Source of the DNA: the human T2T-CHM13v2.0 reference genome, Homo sapiens
Length of the DNA: 64,000 bases
Assembly (NCBI RefSeq): GCF_009914755.1
Contig: NC_060939.1
Direction: 5' to 3' (one strand)
Shown: positions 27,843-41,444 of the stretch, one piece after another
Layout: the number at the start of each line of letters is the position of its first letter
How positions within the stretch are numbered: the first letter of the stretch is position 1
The notes under the pieces: model-generated
Databases searched by the model: none
What the model saw: only the letters and a program-made list of their open reading frames with translations
Told to the model about the DNA's origin: nothing
Made by a program: the position numbers and the translations under genes

Positions 27843-30800
27843 TCCTTTTCCTAATGTATATTCTTAATGACTTTGTTGAAGATCAGTTGGCTATAAATAT
27901 GTGGATTTATTTCTGGGCTCTCTATTCTGTTCCATTGGTCTGTGTGTTTATTTTTACACCAATACCATTCTGTATTGGTTACTATGGCCTTGTAATATAT
28001 TTTGAAGTAGTGTGATGCCTCCAGCTTTGTTCTTTTTTCTCAGGAATGCTTTGACTATTAGGGCTCTCTTTTGGTTCTAATTAATTTTAGGATTTTTTGC
28101 ATGTTTGTAAAAAGTGATATTGGTGTATTGATAGGGATTGCATTAAATCTGCAGATTGCTTCAGGCATCATTAACATTTTAATGATGCTCATCTTTGCGA
28201 TCTGTGAGCATAGGATGTCTTTCTTTCCATTTTCTTGTGTCCTCTTCAATTTCTTTCATTGATGTTTTACAGTTTTCCTTGTAGAGATCTTTCACCTCCT
28301 TGGTTATATTTATTCCTAGGTATTTTATTTTATTATTTTATTTTGTAGCCATTGTAAATGGGATTGCCTTCTGGATTTCTTTTTCAACTATTTTATTATT
28401 AGTATATAGAAAGTATGTTGGTTTATATATGTTGATTTTATATCCTGTGACTTTATTGAATTTATCAGTTCTAAGAGGTTTTTGGTGGAGTCTTATGGAT
28501 TTTCTAAATACAAGATCATGTCATCTGGAGGGAAAGATGGCAGTCTAACCATTTGACTTCCTCTTTTCCAATTTGGATACCTTTTATTTCTTTCTCTTGT
28601 CCGATTGCTCTGGCTAGGACTTCCAGTATTATATTGAACAGGAGTGGTGAGAGGGAGCATCCTTGCCTTGTTCCAAGTCCTAGAGGAAAGGCTTTCAACT
28701 TTTCCCCATTTGGTATAATGTTAGTTGTGGGTTTGTCATATATGGCCTTTATTATTTTGAAGTGTATTCCTTCCATGCCTAGTTTGTTGGGAACTTTTTT
28801 TTTTTATCATGAAGGGATGTTGAATTTATTGATTTTTTTGTACTTACTGAGATGATTTTGTATCTTTTTCTATTTATTGAGATAATCAAATGATTTTTGT
28901 CCTTCGTTCTATTGATGTGATGTTTATTGATCATGTTTATTGATTTGCATATGGTGAGCCATCCTTGTATTCCTGGTATAAATGCCACCTGATCATGGTA
29001 TATTATCTTTTTGATGTGCTATTGGATTTGGTTTGCCAGTATTTTGTTGAGAATTTTTTCATCTGTGTCTATTACGGATATTGGCCTGTAGTTTTTTTTG
29101 CTGTGTTCTTCTTTGGTTTTGATATCAGGATAATGCTAGCTTTGTAGAATGAGTTAGGGAGGAGTTATCTACTCTTCAATTTTTGGAACAGTTGCAGAAC
29201 TGTTGTGTGTTTTAGAACAGTTTCAGGAGGCTTGGTACCATTTCTTCTTTGTGTGTTTATTAGAATTCAGCAGCAAATTCATCCATCCGATCCTGGGCTT
29301 TTCTTTGTTGGGAGACATTTTATTACTGATTGAATTTCACTACTCATTATCGATCTGTTCAAATCTTCTACTTTCTTCTGATTCAATCTTGGGAGGTTGT
29401 ATGTTCCGAGGAACTTATTCATTTATTTTAGGTTTTCCAGTTTTTAGATGTATAGCTGTTCATAATAGTTTCTAATGATCTTTTGTATTTTTGTGGTGTC
29501 AGTTGTAATGTCTCCTTTTTCATTTGTGATTATGTTAATTTGGGTCTTCTCTCTTTTTTTTTTTAGCTAGTCTACTGGTAGCTTATCATTTTTCTTTATC
29601 TTTTTGAAGAACCAACTTTTTGTTTTGTTGATTCTTTATATTTCTTTAGTCTCTATTTTGTTTAGATTCACTCTGATATTTCTTTTTTTCTTTTTTTCCT
29701 TCTAATTTGGGGTTTGGTTTGTTCTTTCTAGTTTTTTGAGGTGCATCATTAGGTTGTTTGTTTGAAGTCTTTCTACATTTTTGATGTATGTGTTTATTGC
29801 TATAAACTTCTCTTTTAGCATGACTTTTGCTGTTATCTTACAGGTTTTGGTATGTTGTGTTTTCCTTTTCATTGGTCTCAAGAAAAGCTTTAATTTCTAT
29901 CTTGATTTCTTCATTGACACAATGGTAATTCAGGTGCATGTTGTTTAATTTACAAATATTTGTGTAGTTTTCAAAATTCCTCTTGGTATTGATTTCTAGT
30001 TTTGTTTTATTGTGGTCTGAGAAGATATTTGATATGATTTTAGTTTTTTATAATTTCTTGATACTTGTTTTATGGCCTAATATATGGTATTTCTTAAAGA
30101 ATATTCCATGTGCTGATGATAATAATGCATATTGTGCAGTTGTTGGATAACATGTTCTGTAAATGTTTGTTAGGTCCATTTGGTGTAAAGTCCAGTTTAA
30201 ATCCAATGTTTCTTTGTTGATTTTCTGTCTATATGATCTCTCTAATGCTGAGACCAAGGTTTTGAAATCCCTCAGTATTAATGTATTGAAGCCTATCTCT
30301 CTATAACTAGTAATACTTGTTTTATGTATCTAGGTGCTTCAGTGTTGGGTCCATATAAAAACTGTTACATCTTTTTGCTGGGCTGACCTCTTTATCATTA
30401 TATAATTACTTCTTTGTCTTTTTTAATACTGTTTTTGAGTTAAAGTTCTATTTTGTTTGATATTGAGCATAGCTGCTTCTGCATACTTTTGGTTTCTGCT
30501 GCATAGAATACTTTTTTCATACCTTTACTTCAGCCTGTATGTGTCTTTACATGTAAACTATGTCTCTTGTAGGCAGCATATACTTGGATTATGTTTTGTT
30601 TTGTTTTGAAATCCATTTAGCCAGTCTATATTTTTTAAGCAAAGGATTTAATCTGTTTTCATTCGAGGTTATTATTTATATGTGAGGTTATGTTCCTGTC
30701 ATAATTTTCATTGTTTCTGGTTTTGTTATCTTTTGTGTCTTTCTTTCTCTCTTACTGTTTAGCATTGTTCTTTGGTGGTTTTCTGTAGTGATGTGATTTT

Positions 30801-32043
30801 TGTATTTTCTCTCCCTCATTTGTGTGTTTGCTTTACCAGTGAGTTGTATACTTTCATGTGTTTTCATAATGATGGTAAATATTGTCCTTTCATTTCCATG
30901 GTTAGGACTCCTTTGAACATTTCTTGTAGGTTTAATCTAGTGATAATGAATTCCCTCTGTTTTTGCCTGTATGTGAAAGACTTTTGTCCTTCATTTATGA
31001 CAGATAACTTTCCTGGGTGTAGTATTCTTACTTGACAGTGTTTTTTGCTTTCAGAACTTTGAATACCTCATCCCAATTTCTCCTTGTCTCTAAGGATTCT
31101 GCTGAGAAATCCACTGTTTGTCTGATGGGGTTTTCCTTATATGCAACTAGATGCTTTTCTCTTGCTATTTTTATATTTCTCTGTTTGTCTTTCACTTTTG
31201 ACAGTTTGAAAATAATGTGCCATGGAGATCTTTTTGGGATAGATCTAGATAGGGATCTCTGAGCTTCCTGTGTTTAGATGTGTAAATAACTTGCTATACC
31301 TGAATCATTTTCAGCTATTTCATTAAACATTTTTTTATGCCTTTGGACTTTTCTTCATTTTCTGGAACACAAAAAATTTAAATATTTGATTCCTTTATGG
31401 CGTCCGTTCTTTCCTGTATACTTTTCTTATTTTTATTCTTTCCTTTTTATTAATTTATTATTTCTGACTTAGTTATTTCAAAAGACCTGTCTTTGAGTTT
31501 TGAAATTCTTTCTTCTCCTTGATCTAGTTCATTGTTAAGGCTCTCAAATGTACTTTTTATTTCATGTATTAAATTATTTAATTATGGAATTTTTGTTCTC
31601 TTTTTTTGATATCTCTCTTTGGTGAATTTCTCATCCATATTTTGAATTGTTTTATGGATTTCTTTGTATTGTTTTTCTGTGTTCTCTTATATCTCACAGA
31701 GCTTCTTTAATATAATTATTTTGAATTATTTTTCCAGCATTTTGTAAATTTCTTTTTCATTGAAATCTGTTGTTAGAGAATTATTGTGTTCCTTTGAAAG
31801 TGTCAAATTTCCTTACTTTTTCATGTTTCTGGTTTCCTTCTGTTTATATCTGCACATATATTGCAATGGTTCCTTATTCTAGTCTTTGAATTGACTTTTG
31901 TAGAGGAAGATTTTTTTAAGGATATGTGTCTGGTGATGGTTAGGAAGAACACCTTAGCTTTCACTCTGAGTGTTCGTAATAGTGTAGTTTTCATATAGTT
32001 TTTTCAGCTATGTACAGACAGCGTCAGTGGTGTCTATAATTTC
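27843..32043 (-). mobile_element. L1MA 5' part (ORF2/ORF1), continuation of 18245-19664, 5'-truncated
   Basis: Resumes 'aatgtatattcttaatgactttgttgaagatcagttgg'; colinear with the L1PB4 copy up to the ORF1 region. Confidence 0.87.
28516..28776 (-). pseudogene. L1 ORF2 reverse-transcriptase remnant
   Basis: Peptide [10 protein letters not shown]...[24 protein letters not shown] is the L1 RT QGCPLSP motif region. Confidence 0.92.
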
Positions 32044-32264
32044 ATCCTCCTCCTCCTGCTCCTTTTCTCCTCCCTCTTCTTCCTACTTTTTTAGTCTTGA
32101 AATTTTCAAACAAAAATGTACAGAGGGCTGTAACAAGCACTTGTGAAGAGCTCATTGCATGGTTTTAACAAATATCAACAGTTTGCCAATATTGTTTCAT
32201 CTATCTCCCACAAGTTCTGATCTATTTTAAAGAAAATCTAAAAGATCCTTTTATTTCGCTTATT

Positions 32265-32575
32265 GTGATACATATCATTTGTTCCTTTAAATCCACTTTC
32301 TACCTTTCAGCCCTTGCTTATGTCCAAGGAGACTTAGCTTAGTCTATATCAGAGACTCCTTAGCCTTCTTGCAAATGGGCAGCACCAGTAAAAGATTGGA
32401 AGGAAGGAGAAGATTGGGCTGGGAACTTATTTCCCCAGCAGCACCTGCTGGATCCAATGGGTTGGCTACATGTCACATCCCTCTACCAAAGCTGCAGCTC
32501 TCACCATGCAGTTCTTCCTAGATTCTTCGAATTGTCCAATGTGTGCCATCCTTTTCTATTGGAATCCTTGACTAA
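32265..32575 (+). mobile_element. ERVL LTR fragment (LTR33/LTR41-like)
   Basis: 'tgtgatacatatcatttgttcc...caaatgggcagcaccagtaaaagattggaagg'. Confidence 0.5.
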
Positions 32576-32578
32576 CTG

Positions 32579-32980
32579 AGATATGGTTTGGATTTGCGTC
32601 CTTACCCAAATCTCGTGTTGAATTGTAATCCTCAGTGTTGGAGGTGGGGCCTGATGGGAGGTGACCGGATGATGGGGACAGATTTCTCGTGAATGGTTTG
32701 GCACCAGCCCCTTAGTATTGTCTTGGTGACAGTAAGTGAGTTCTTGTGAGACCTGGTTGTTTAAAAGTGTGTGGTGCCTCCCCTCTCTCTCTCGGTCCTA
32801 CTCCTGCCATGAAAGATGACTGCTCCTGCTTTGCCTTCTGCCATGAGTAAAAGCTTTCCAAGGCTTCTTGCTATGCTTCCCATACAGACTGCAGAACTAT
32901 GAGCCAATTAAACTTCTTTTCTTTATAAATTACCCAGTTTCAGGTATTTATTCATAGCAGTGCAAGAATGGACTAATCCA
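32579..32980 (+). mobile_element. MSTA-like MaLR solo LTR
   Basis: 'gatatggtttggatttg...gaatggtttggcacca...gccaattaaacttcttttctttataaattaccc...ggactaatcca'. Confidence 0.9.
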
Positions 32981-33822
32981 CCTGCACTTTCAACCTCTTA
33001 GCTAGTTTCTATTCCCATACTCTCTCTCTCACTTAATAGAGTCACTAACCGTATACTCTACCAACATTGAAACTGAACACTGATCTTAGACCCATTCTCT
33101 TGCATCCCTCGTGCCCGGTAAGACCTGACCAGTATCAATTATTCAGGATTGTTTCCTGGAAATCAGTTCCTCTTCTTGAATTTCTGTTGTCCATGTCATA
33201 GTTCAGAGCTCTGTGATCTCATCTACTTCAGCTAAAGTTATATTTTAAAAATGCAGATCTGACCATTTAAAGCTTTATTAGGTTTTGATAGCTCTCCAAG
33301 CTCGGAAGAATTAAGTGAGATTTTATCAGCTCTATATGCGTGTTTATTAAGGTAGGCTTTCTGGTGTCCTCCAAACAAATGGTTGCTGTGAAATTTAAAG
33401 AATTTCACATGCTAATTTTTACCTAAATATGTTTAGGATTATCAATGTTTCTACCTGATAAAAGGAGAGATTAATGAAGTGGAAATCAAACATATAATAG
33501 AGAGGATGAATAAGTCTAAAATTAGTTCTTTGATAGATGAAAAAAATCTTAAATGTGGAAGATAAAACTATAAAACTTACAAAATATATAGAAGATATGT
33601 TTATGACTGGCATATAGGTGGAATTCTTAAGCAAGGTACATCAAGTGCACTCTAGAGAAAGAGAATGATACATTTTACTATATTAAATTAAGCATTTATG
33701 TTTAACAAAATGCCCATAAAGTGAAAATACAATGTCCAATATACAGAATAAAAATTTTAAAAATGTATAAATAATATTAATGAATTAGGAGAAATGGCTC
33801 AGTAGAAAAATAAGCAAGTCTG

Positions 33823-34299
33823 ACATGCACATGTATGTTTAACTGCAGCACTATTTACAATAGCAAAGACATGGAACCAACCCAAATTCCCATCAATGAT
33901 AGACTGGATAAAGAAAATGTGGTACATATACACCATGAAATACTATGCAGCCATAAAAAAGGAATGAGATCATGTCCTTTGCAGGGATGTGATTGAAGCT
34001 GGAATCCACTATCCTTATCAAACTAACAAAGAGATAGAAAACCAAACACCACATGCTCTCACTTATAATTGGGAGTTGAACAATGAGAACACATGGACAC
34101 AGAGAGCAGAACAATTCACACCAGGGCCTGTTGGGGGTTTGGGGGTGAGGGGAGGGAGCTTAGGGGATGGGTCAATAGGTGGAGGAAACCACTATGGCTC
34201 ACATAAACCTGTGTAACAAACCTGCATGTTCTGCACATGTATCCTGTTTTTTTTTTTAGAAGAAATAAAGGAAAAAAAAATTGATAAATAACAGAAAGA
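33823..34299 (+). mobile_element. L1PA8/L1PA8A-like 3' end, 5'-truncated
   Basis: 'gggtcaataggt...gtaacaaacctgcatgttctgcacatgtatcc'; 19-bp TSD agaaaaata(a/g)gcaa(g/a)tctg at 33804-33822 / 34300-34318; G4 motif in 3' UTR 34133-34156. Confidence 0.9.
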
Positions 34300-34712
34300 A
34301 GAAAAATAGGCAAATCTGGAACAAACATCTTTTAGATGAAGAATATGAGTGGCCAACCAGTCTTATGAAAAGATGCCTAATATCATTTGTGATTTGTAAA
34401 GTCAAATCAAAGCCATAGTGATATTTCATTTCAAACCCATCAGATTGGCAAAAATATTCAAATATGTAATATCAAGTATTGAAAAGAGTGAAGAGAAACA
34501 AAAAATCATATAACTGTGCTTGAGGAAGTGTAAATTGGTACAGCACGATTTGAATAGTTTGGCATTCTCTAATAAAGTTGAAGATGCATGTCCCTTAAGA
34601 CTGGCTTTTTTCATTTCTAAATGTCTAACTTAAACCCTTAGAAATGTGCATCAGGAGACAAGAATCAAAATGTTCTAACACAGTAAAAAAAAAAAAAAAA
34701 CAGGAAAATTCA

Positions 34713-35132
<420 letters not shown>

Positions 35133-36394
35133 GAAATAATCTTGGTCAATTAAAGGTGGTCAAAAATAATGCATAGAGTATAAATCTCTTTGCAAAAAGC
35201 TGCTTTTTAAAATGCAAAAACTATATAACCTATTGTTAAGAGTGTTTATGTATGTGGTAAAACTACAAAGAAAAGTAAAAGAATAATGAACCCTAAATTT
35301 CTGGTGGGAATCCCTCTGGAGGGAAAAGGAAAAAGATGGCAGTCTACTCTTTCTTGCACTGAGACGAGTTCTATGCCCCCGTGATCTGCAGCCAGTGCAT
35401 ACCGGTGCAGCCTTGCAGGTCCTGGCCAGCCAGCAACTGCTCTGTTTTGTTGGTACATGCGCCTGAGTCCATTCTGATGATTAAGTAAGCTTAATGTTCA
35501 CTCTGGCATGTTACTATTTGCTGTCCAGTTATTCTTTTCCTGTTACCGTTTGTTGTTGTTATTTGTACCAGGAGAAATGAATGGAATTAGAGAACCATTG
35601 AAGGAGAACATAAGGAAGATTTATTTTTAGCCTTCCACCCTCTCCCAAATCCTCACTTTTAAAATCATCCACAGAGCAAAATAATTAAAATTACTGATGA
35701 AAAAATGTGTAAGTAAATAAAAAGATGAGCCAGTGTGATAACAAAGTAAAGGAAAAAAACCTAAAAGTCTAAGAAAAACAGAAATTTAAGGATTTCTATG
35801 TGAAATATAGGGAGATTAAGGGGAGCAAAAGAACTAGAAATCAGAACTTTGAAAGGTAAGATTAAAAGCTTAACACATATTAACAACTAAAGGAAAAATT
35901 AATCATAATAGATAAAACCACTAGCTCAGAACTTACAGTTGTCTAATTTTGTCAAAGTTAAACCACAAAAGTGTGAATAAAAAACTTAAAAGAAGATAAA
36001 TAATTAAAGGGAAACTTATAAAGCAGAGTAACAACCCAAAACTATGAAGGCTAGAGGCTTACTCATTTTTCGACAAATATTAATTTGGATCTTTCTGTGT
36101 GCCAGGAAAAGTGCTTGCTACTGGAAATTAAAGCTCAGACATTAAAGAATATGAAACTATGTCAATGCTAAATTATTAAAGGGTTAGTAATAAAAGACAT
36201 GAAATATTTAAGGGACAAATAGACACAAATTATAAATGATAGTAAAAAGAGATAAAAAGGATTATGAAATCTCAAAAGCTTAAAAAGATTCAAATGAGAT
36301 CAAACAAATTAAGGCACATTAAAAGAAATGAATTACTCCAACATTAGGAAGCCAAAATCTTAGTGGAAACTAGCACAGTGTAAGGGTTACTGGT

Positions 36395-36560
36395 GGTGTG
36401 GCCCTGAGCAAGCTCCGAATCTCTTAGCTCCTAGTTTCCTGATTCATAAACGGGGGTAGCAATGAGTCCTAACTGGGGAGTTGTGAGTATCAAATAAGGT
36501 CATGAATAGAAAGCAGTTTGCACAGTGCCTGGCTAAGGTCAGCTCTCAACAACAGTTAGC
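36395..36560 (+). mobile_element. MIR SINE fragment
   Basis: 'ctagtttcctgattcataaacggggg...gttgtgagtatcaaataag...gcacagtgcctggc'. Confidence 0.7.
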
Positions 36561-38850
36561 TACCCCTAACAGTAACCAAGTTATGACCCATTTCAGAAAC
36601 TGTAGGATTGAAGGAAGGAAAGGCAGGATCCATCTGAACGTAGCTAAGGCCTATTATTCCTGCTTGTCCAAGCCTGTGGCTGAGCTGACTTTGCACAAGG
36701 ACTCTCCTAGCGTGCAGAGGGGTTTTATGGGGCAAAGAGCTGACCCCAGAGGGAGAGTCATAACCTTTGACGACCTTTTGCCTTTGTCTTTTACCTTTTC
36801 CAGGTTTGAGCCTCAGGTGTCTACCCAAGATTCTGAAATGCTCAGGGGTGGGAATGATAACCTCCTAGAAGGCAGCTTTCTCACTCAGCCTGGCTGTCCC
36901 CCAGGCAGCCCTGTTTAGGTTCTCAACTCTTCAACTCCCCTAAAAAATCTCTTCAGTTCCCTTTCAGGCCTGTTCTTATCAGGGTCTGGAAAACAATATC
37001 AGAATACCAACCTTGACAAACCATGCTTCGTCAAGCTCAGACCACCGTGGGATTTCAGTCCTGCACACTAACATTTAAAATCATGCCTGTGGATGTCCTG
37101 CTTGGTCTCAGCCTGTGAGTTTCACTGATTACTCAAGGTGGCCACTGTACCCAACAGGGCACACTACAAAACCACTGGTTGTCAAACAAAGCCATTTTAG
37201 ACAAACGCAAACCATAAGTCTGGGTTTTTTTTTTTCTTCTAAATTTATTTTAAGCTTTACAATTTCAATGGAGAAGAAAAGGAACTTTATTTTAGGATGT
37301 GAATAATTCTGGATGATTTGCACACTGGCATTTGTATATTGCATGGAAATGTGTTAAAAGTGAAAAAAAGAGAGAGAGCAAATTGGCAAAGGTCTGTATC
37401 AAATCACAGAGGAGAACAACTTTCAGAGATTGCTAAGTAGGAAAGTAATATCTCAAGTGATCCTACAGTCGGGAATACTGGCAATGTCAAGAGTGTTCCG
37501 TTTTATCTTCTAGCAGGAGCAAAATTTGCAAGCAAATTTGGCAGAGGAAAACATCCTAAAATGCATTCTTAACTCTGTACAATTTCTTTCATGTAAAGTG
37601 CCAATAAAGAAAATTAAAGAAATGAAAGGGGTACAAAGGGGAATAGAATCCAGTTTGCTGTCTGCTCATGGCACTGGAGGAAATTTTAAGGAGAAGGCCA
37701 CTGTATGCATTGACATTAACAAGAGAATGCCTTTTCTTTTCTTTTCTTTTCTTTTCTTCTTGCCAATGTCAGAATTCTCCAGAAAGCACCAATGAGTCAC
37801 ACCTAAAATACCAGAGGTAATCCCAGAACGGAGATTCTGTATACCCTGTCAACTTGTAGCTAGACTTTTTAAAAAATCGACTGAATCTGGTGAAAACAAG
37901 GCAATGTAAGGCCATATTTTCATAAATTTGCTTCTCTTATGCATTCCTGTTGAAATGACCACAGGTGAGCAAAGGTTTGTAGAATCAGCCAAATTTTAAA
38001 GACTTTCTACAAACTATGGTAAAATTAAGATGACATTGGAAAGACAGTGCACACTGAATTTCAAGAGAAGGAATTTAGTTCAACTGAGTGAAGCCTATCC
38101 CTTCCAAATTTTCATTGAAATGACCAAATAAATATGAAAATTGGGGAGGAAAAAGCAGTAGAAGCCCTTAAAAAGGGCAAACATCATTTGTATACTAGAA
38201 ACACTGGGGAAATTCTGCAGGATATACATACATAGAACCAGACCAAAGCACAAGCTGCCCTGCTATCTTGGGACACCTCAAGTTCACAGCAGCTTAGACT
38301 GGAAATGACAGAAATAATGGAAAATTGGAGGGACCCGTTGAACATCTACCAGTGCCTCAGATCGTATGGACAGGGAACAGATTCACTGCTCTGCTTCCAT
38401 TGTACAGAGGGCACAGACAGCAAGTTAAGAGTAACCATCTGTGACCTCTAGAAGGAGAATTCACTCCTACTTCCTGCCCCTGTTGGGTTCCTGTGAGTAA
38501 GTTTTGGGATTCTCCCTTTCACACCACTCCCAGCCTCATCCAACTTGGTGACCAGGGTCTGTGTTGGACGTATCTGTGCTGTGGGATGGTGCCAGTGGTT
38601 TTAAGGGGTCTGGTGTAGAAGGGCACTCTTCTGGCTAGATAACCAATGGGCAAAGTGTTGTCTGCTATCAGAAGAACATGGTTTGAAAAGGCAATGGATA
38701 TCGCCTCTGGGTTCACATAGCAGATGGAGCCCCTTGCTCAAGTAGAAGCCAGGCAACTGGCAAAAGTGACTTAGTTCCTTTTCTCAGACCTTGCTGTCTC
38801 TTCTGTCCCATCGCTTCTGTGTTGTCTTCTCCTTATCCATCAAGCCCAGG

Positions 38851-38881
38851 ATGCGTGTGTGTGTGCGTGTGTGTATGTGTG
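38851..38881. repeat. Alternating purine-pyrimidine (TG/CG) tract
   Basis: atgcgtgtgtgtgtgcgtgtgtgtatgtgtg, unbroken RY alternation. Confidence 0.9.
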
Positions 38882-39664
38882 GAGGGTTGGTGGGGGCCAG
38901 GGAGGGAGAACTGCCTTTCCTGTACTCTCCTGTTTCTTATTCTTTCTGTCTGATCTTTTATTCTTTCCCTTTTCTCTCAAAACCTGTTCTTTTGATATTC
39001 AAAGCCAGATAGCAGCTACTTTTTTCTCTTCTTTCAGCTGTCACAGTCTCTTTCGGAAATAATGAGCAGGGAATAATCCAGCTCTTGAATAGTAAGGGTT
39101 GGGGGTAAAACACAAAGATGGAATAGATATTGGCAGGGCAGGGGCACACCTATAAATATTTCAAAAATATCATCTTGTTGAAAGCCTAAGTTACAATCCT
39201 CATCATGTGCCAATTAAATAAAAGATTATTGGTTTCAATAGAAAGAGTAGTTGCCGCAACAAGACCAGCCAGAGAGGGGCCCAGATTGTCTCACCCTGGA
39301 CCCTTTTCTTCTCCTGTTATTGTGCACAGTTGTCCATTATCTGGCATGAAGTTCTTTAGAGTGCTGCCAAGAACGAGGACTCGGGCTGGCCTTATGAGGG
39401 TGTTGATTAGGATTTCTGACTCAAGCCACATCAGTAGATTCTTTGTGTTTCTGATAAAATGTGAGGCTACCAGCCAAAATTCATTGGACAGGACAAGCAT
39501 GTGATACAATTGCTCCTCCAACTGTAGGCAAGTATAAAGGGAAGAATCGTCATTGGTTGTAGGGAAAGTATGTGACCACGTTATAATTGCTAGGCTGATC
39601 AAAATCACAGATGGGCATGGATCAGTATTTGGAAACTGACCTGAAAGAATAGTGTGGTTCAGCA

Positions 39665-39884
39665 CAGTGATTGTCAACGAAGGGCGACTTGGTCCCCAAA
39701 GGATATTTGAAAATACTCGGAGATAATTTTGGTTCTCACAACTAGAGTGATGCAACTGGAATCTAGTAGGTAGAGGCAAAGAATGTTGCAAACCATCGTA
39801 AAATGCATATGGACACCCCTTCTCCCCACCCAATAAAGAAATATCTAACTCAAAATGTTAATAGTCTGAGCTTGAGAAGCTCTG
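39665..39884. mobile_element. MER20 hAT-Charlie MITE
   Basis: 'cagtgattgtcaac...tctagtaggtagaggcaaagaatgttgc...caaaatgttaatagt...ttgagaagctctg'. Confidence 0.88.
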
Positions 39885-39984
39885 GTCTAACAGAACGATA
39901 TACTTCATTCTCCACTGCTGCCAGACAGTGTCTCTCTTAAGGCTCTCCCCACCACTTATTTTGCCATCAGGCCATATGCCTTGC

Positions 39985-40290
39985 TGTGCTTCATTGTGTA
40001 TTTGAGGTGCATTCATGCCTTGGCACTTTGCACTTGCTCTTTCTCCTCCCTCACATCTTTGCATGGCTAGTTTCCTTTGTCTTTCCAGCACTGATGAAAT
40101 GCCATGTGCTCAGAGAGGCTTTCCTTGACCACCCAATCTAAAGTAAAGCCTCCCCAATGCATTCTGTAAGACTTTCTCCTATTTCTTCATGATTGTCATC
40201 TTTCGCTGCGGGCTGTTAGAATGTCAGGTCTACCGGAGTAGGACCATGTGGTGCTGTCACTCACACAGAAGAGTGCCTAGGACAGCAGAA
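39985..40290 (+). mobile_element. L2 3' fragment
   Basis: 'ctttgcacttgct...ctcagagaggctttccttgaccacccaatctaaagta'. Confidence 0.7.
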
Positions 40291-40457
40291 CAAATGTCCA
40301 TCGATTTAACATCTCCTTAAGTATTTCCTTGAAATGGAAGCATTAGAAACTTTAGAAAAATCTTCCTTCACAAGACCCTGTATTTGTAAAAAGGAAACAC
40401 CTTTCTCGACCACTCTTTCTCCTCTCCATCTTTACAGCATTGAGATTGCCTACTTAT

Positions 40458-40655
40458 AACACTTTGCAGTAGAATGTTTTGCAATGATAGGAATGTCTTA
40501 GATCTATACTGTTCGATACAGTAGCTACCAGCCTTACATGGCTATTGAACACTTGAAATGTGGTTAGTGTGGCTGAGAAAGTGAATTTTAGTTTTTATTT
40601 TATTTACATTTAAATAACTACATGTGGCAAATGGCTATCATATTGTGTAGTTCAG
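40458..40655. mobile_element. MER3 hAT-Charlie MITE
   Basis: 'catggctattgaacacttgaaatgtggttagtgtggctgag...catgtggcaaatggcta'. Confidence 0.85.
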
Positions 40656-41444
40656 GTCTAAATATTTTATCCTAAGTTGATATGATGTACTCCTCTTTTA
40701 TTTCCTTTTTCCTTGCCAGTTTTAGATAACAATAAGCATTACAATACTATATGCTCAGCCCTATCCCCCCATAGCTTTTATTTTATATCTTTTATTTATA
40801 GAGTTACTAAAATGGAAAAATTTTGATAACATAGCTTAGATTTTAAAAGTAAGGAACATAGTAAGATCTACAACATAGTATCACTTATGTAAATTAATTA
40901 GAAGCACTTTCATATGCAATTAATCTAATATTTTGTAAAGATAACATAATGTCTCTGACATATATAAATGTCTTTGAGATCTATATGTACACACATTTAT
41001 TTTTTTGATACACATACACAACATACATGTAAATAATAATGCCATGTACAAAATTGGTAATTTTTTGTCTAGTAAATATTTTATTTCATCTATTTTCATT
41101 GATCACAAAGGACTAAAATTCCAAATCAACGTTAATAATAGAAATTTCAAATCAATGTTAATAGAAATTTCAAATCATTGTTGGTAATAATAATAGTAAC
41201 AATGTTAATGGTATTAGTAAATATTACTATTTTTAATGACAAATTAGTAATATTTGTCATTAAAAATATATATCAAAGAAATTAGACATATTAGCTTGCA
41301 TGTGTATAGGAGCTGGGAATTGGGATGAAAAGTAAGAAAAAAGAGAAATCAGAGTCCCCTTACACAGGCTGGTGATAATAGCGTGTCATGTACTGAAGGG
41401 TTTGCTTAACTCAATTCTCTGTACGTTGTATCCAGGCACATCAT

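Noticed and set aside
34133-34156. G-quadruplex motif (also 53952-53979 on the minus strand)
   Set aside because: Well-known G-rich tract of L1PA 3' UTRs; not novel
36781-36810. Plus-strand AG|GT recursive splice site
   Set aside because: Acceptor is good but the regenerated donor GTTTGA is poor
39249-39260. RFX X-box gttgccgcaac
   Set aside because: Half-sites overlap; shorter than the GTNRCC-N0-3-RGYAAC consensus
39291-39833. Longest ORF (180 aa, minus strand)
   Set aside because: Starts inside MER20, no recognisable domain, composition typical of non-coding DNA
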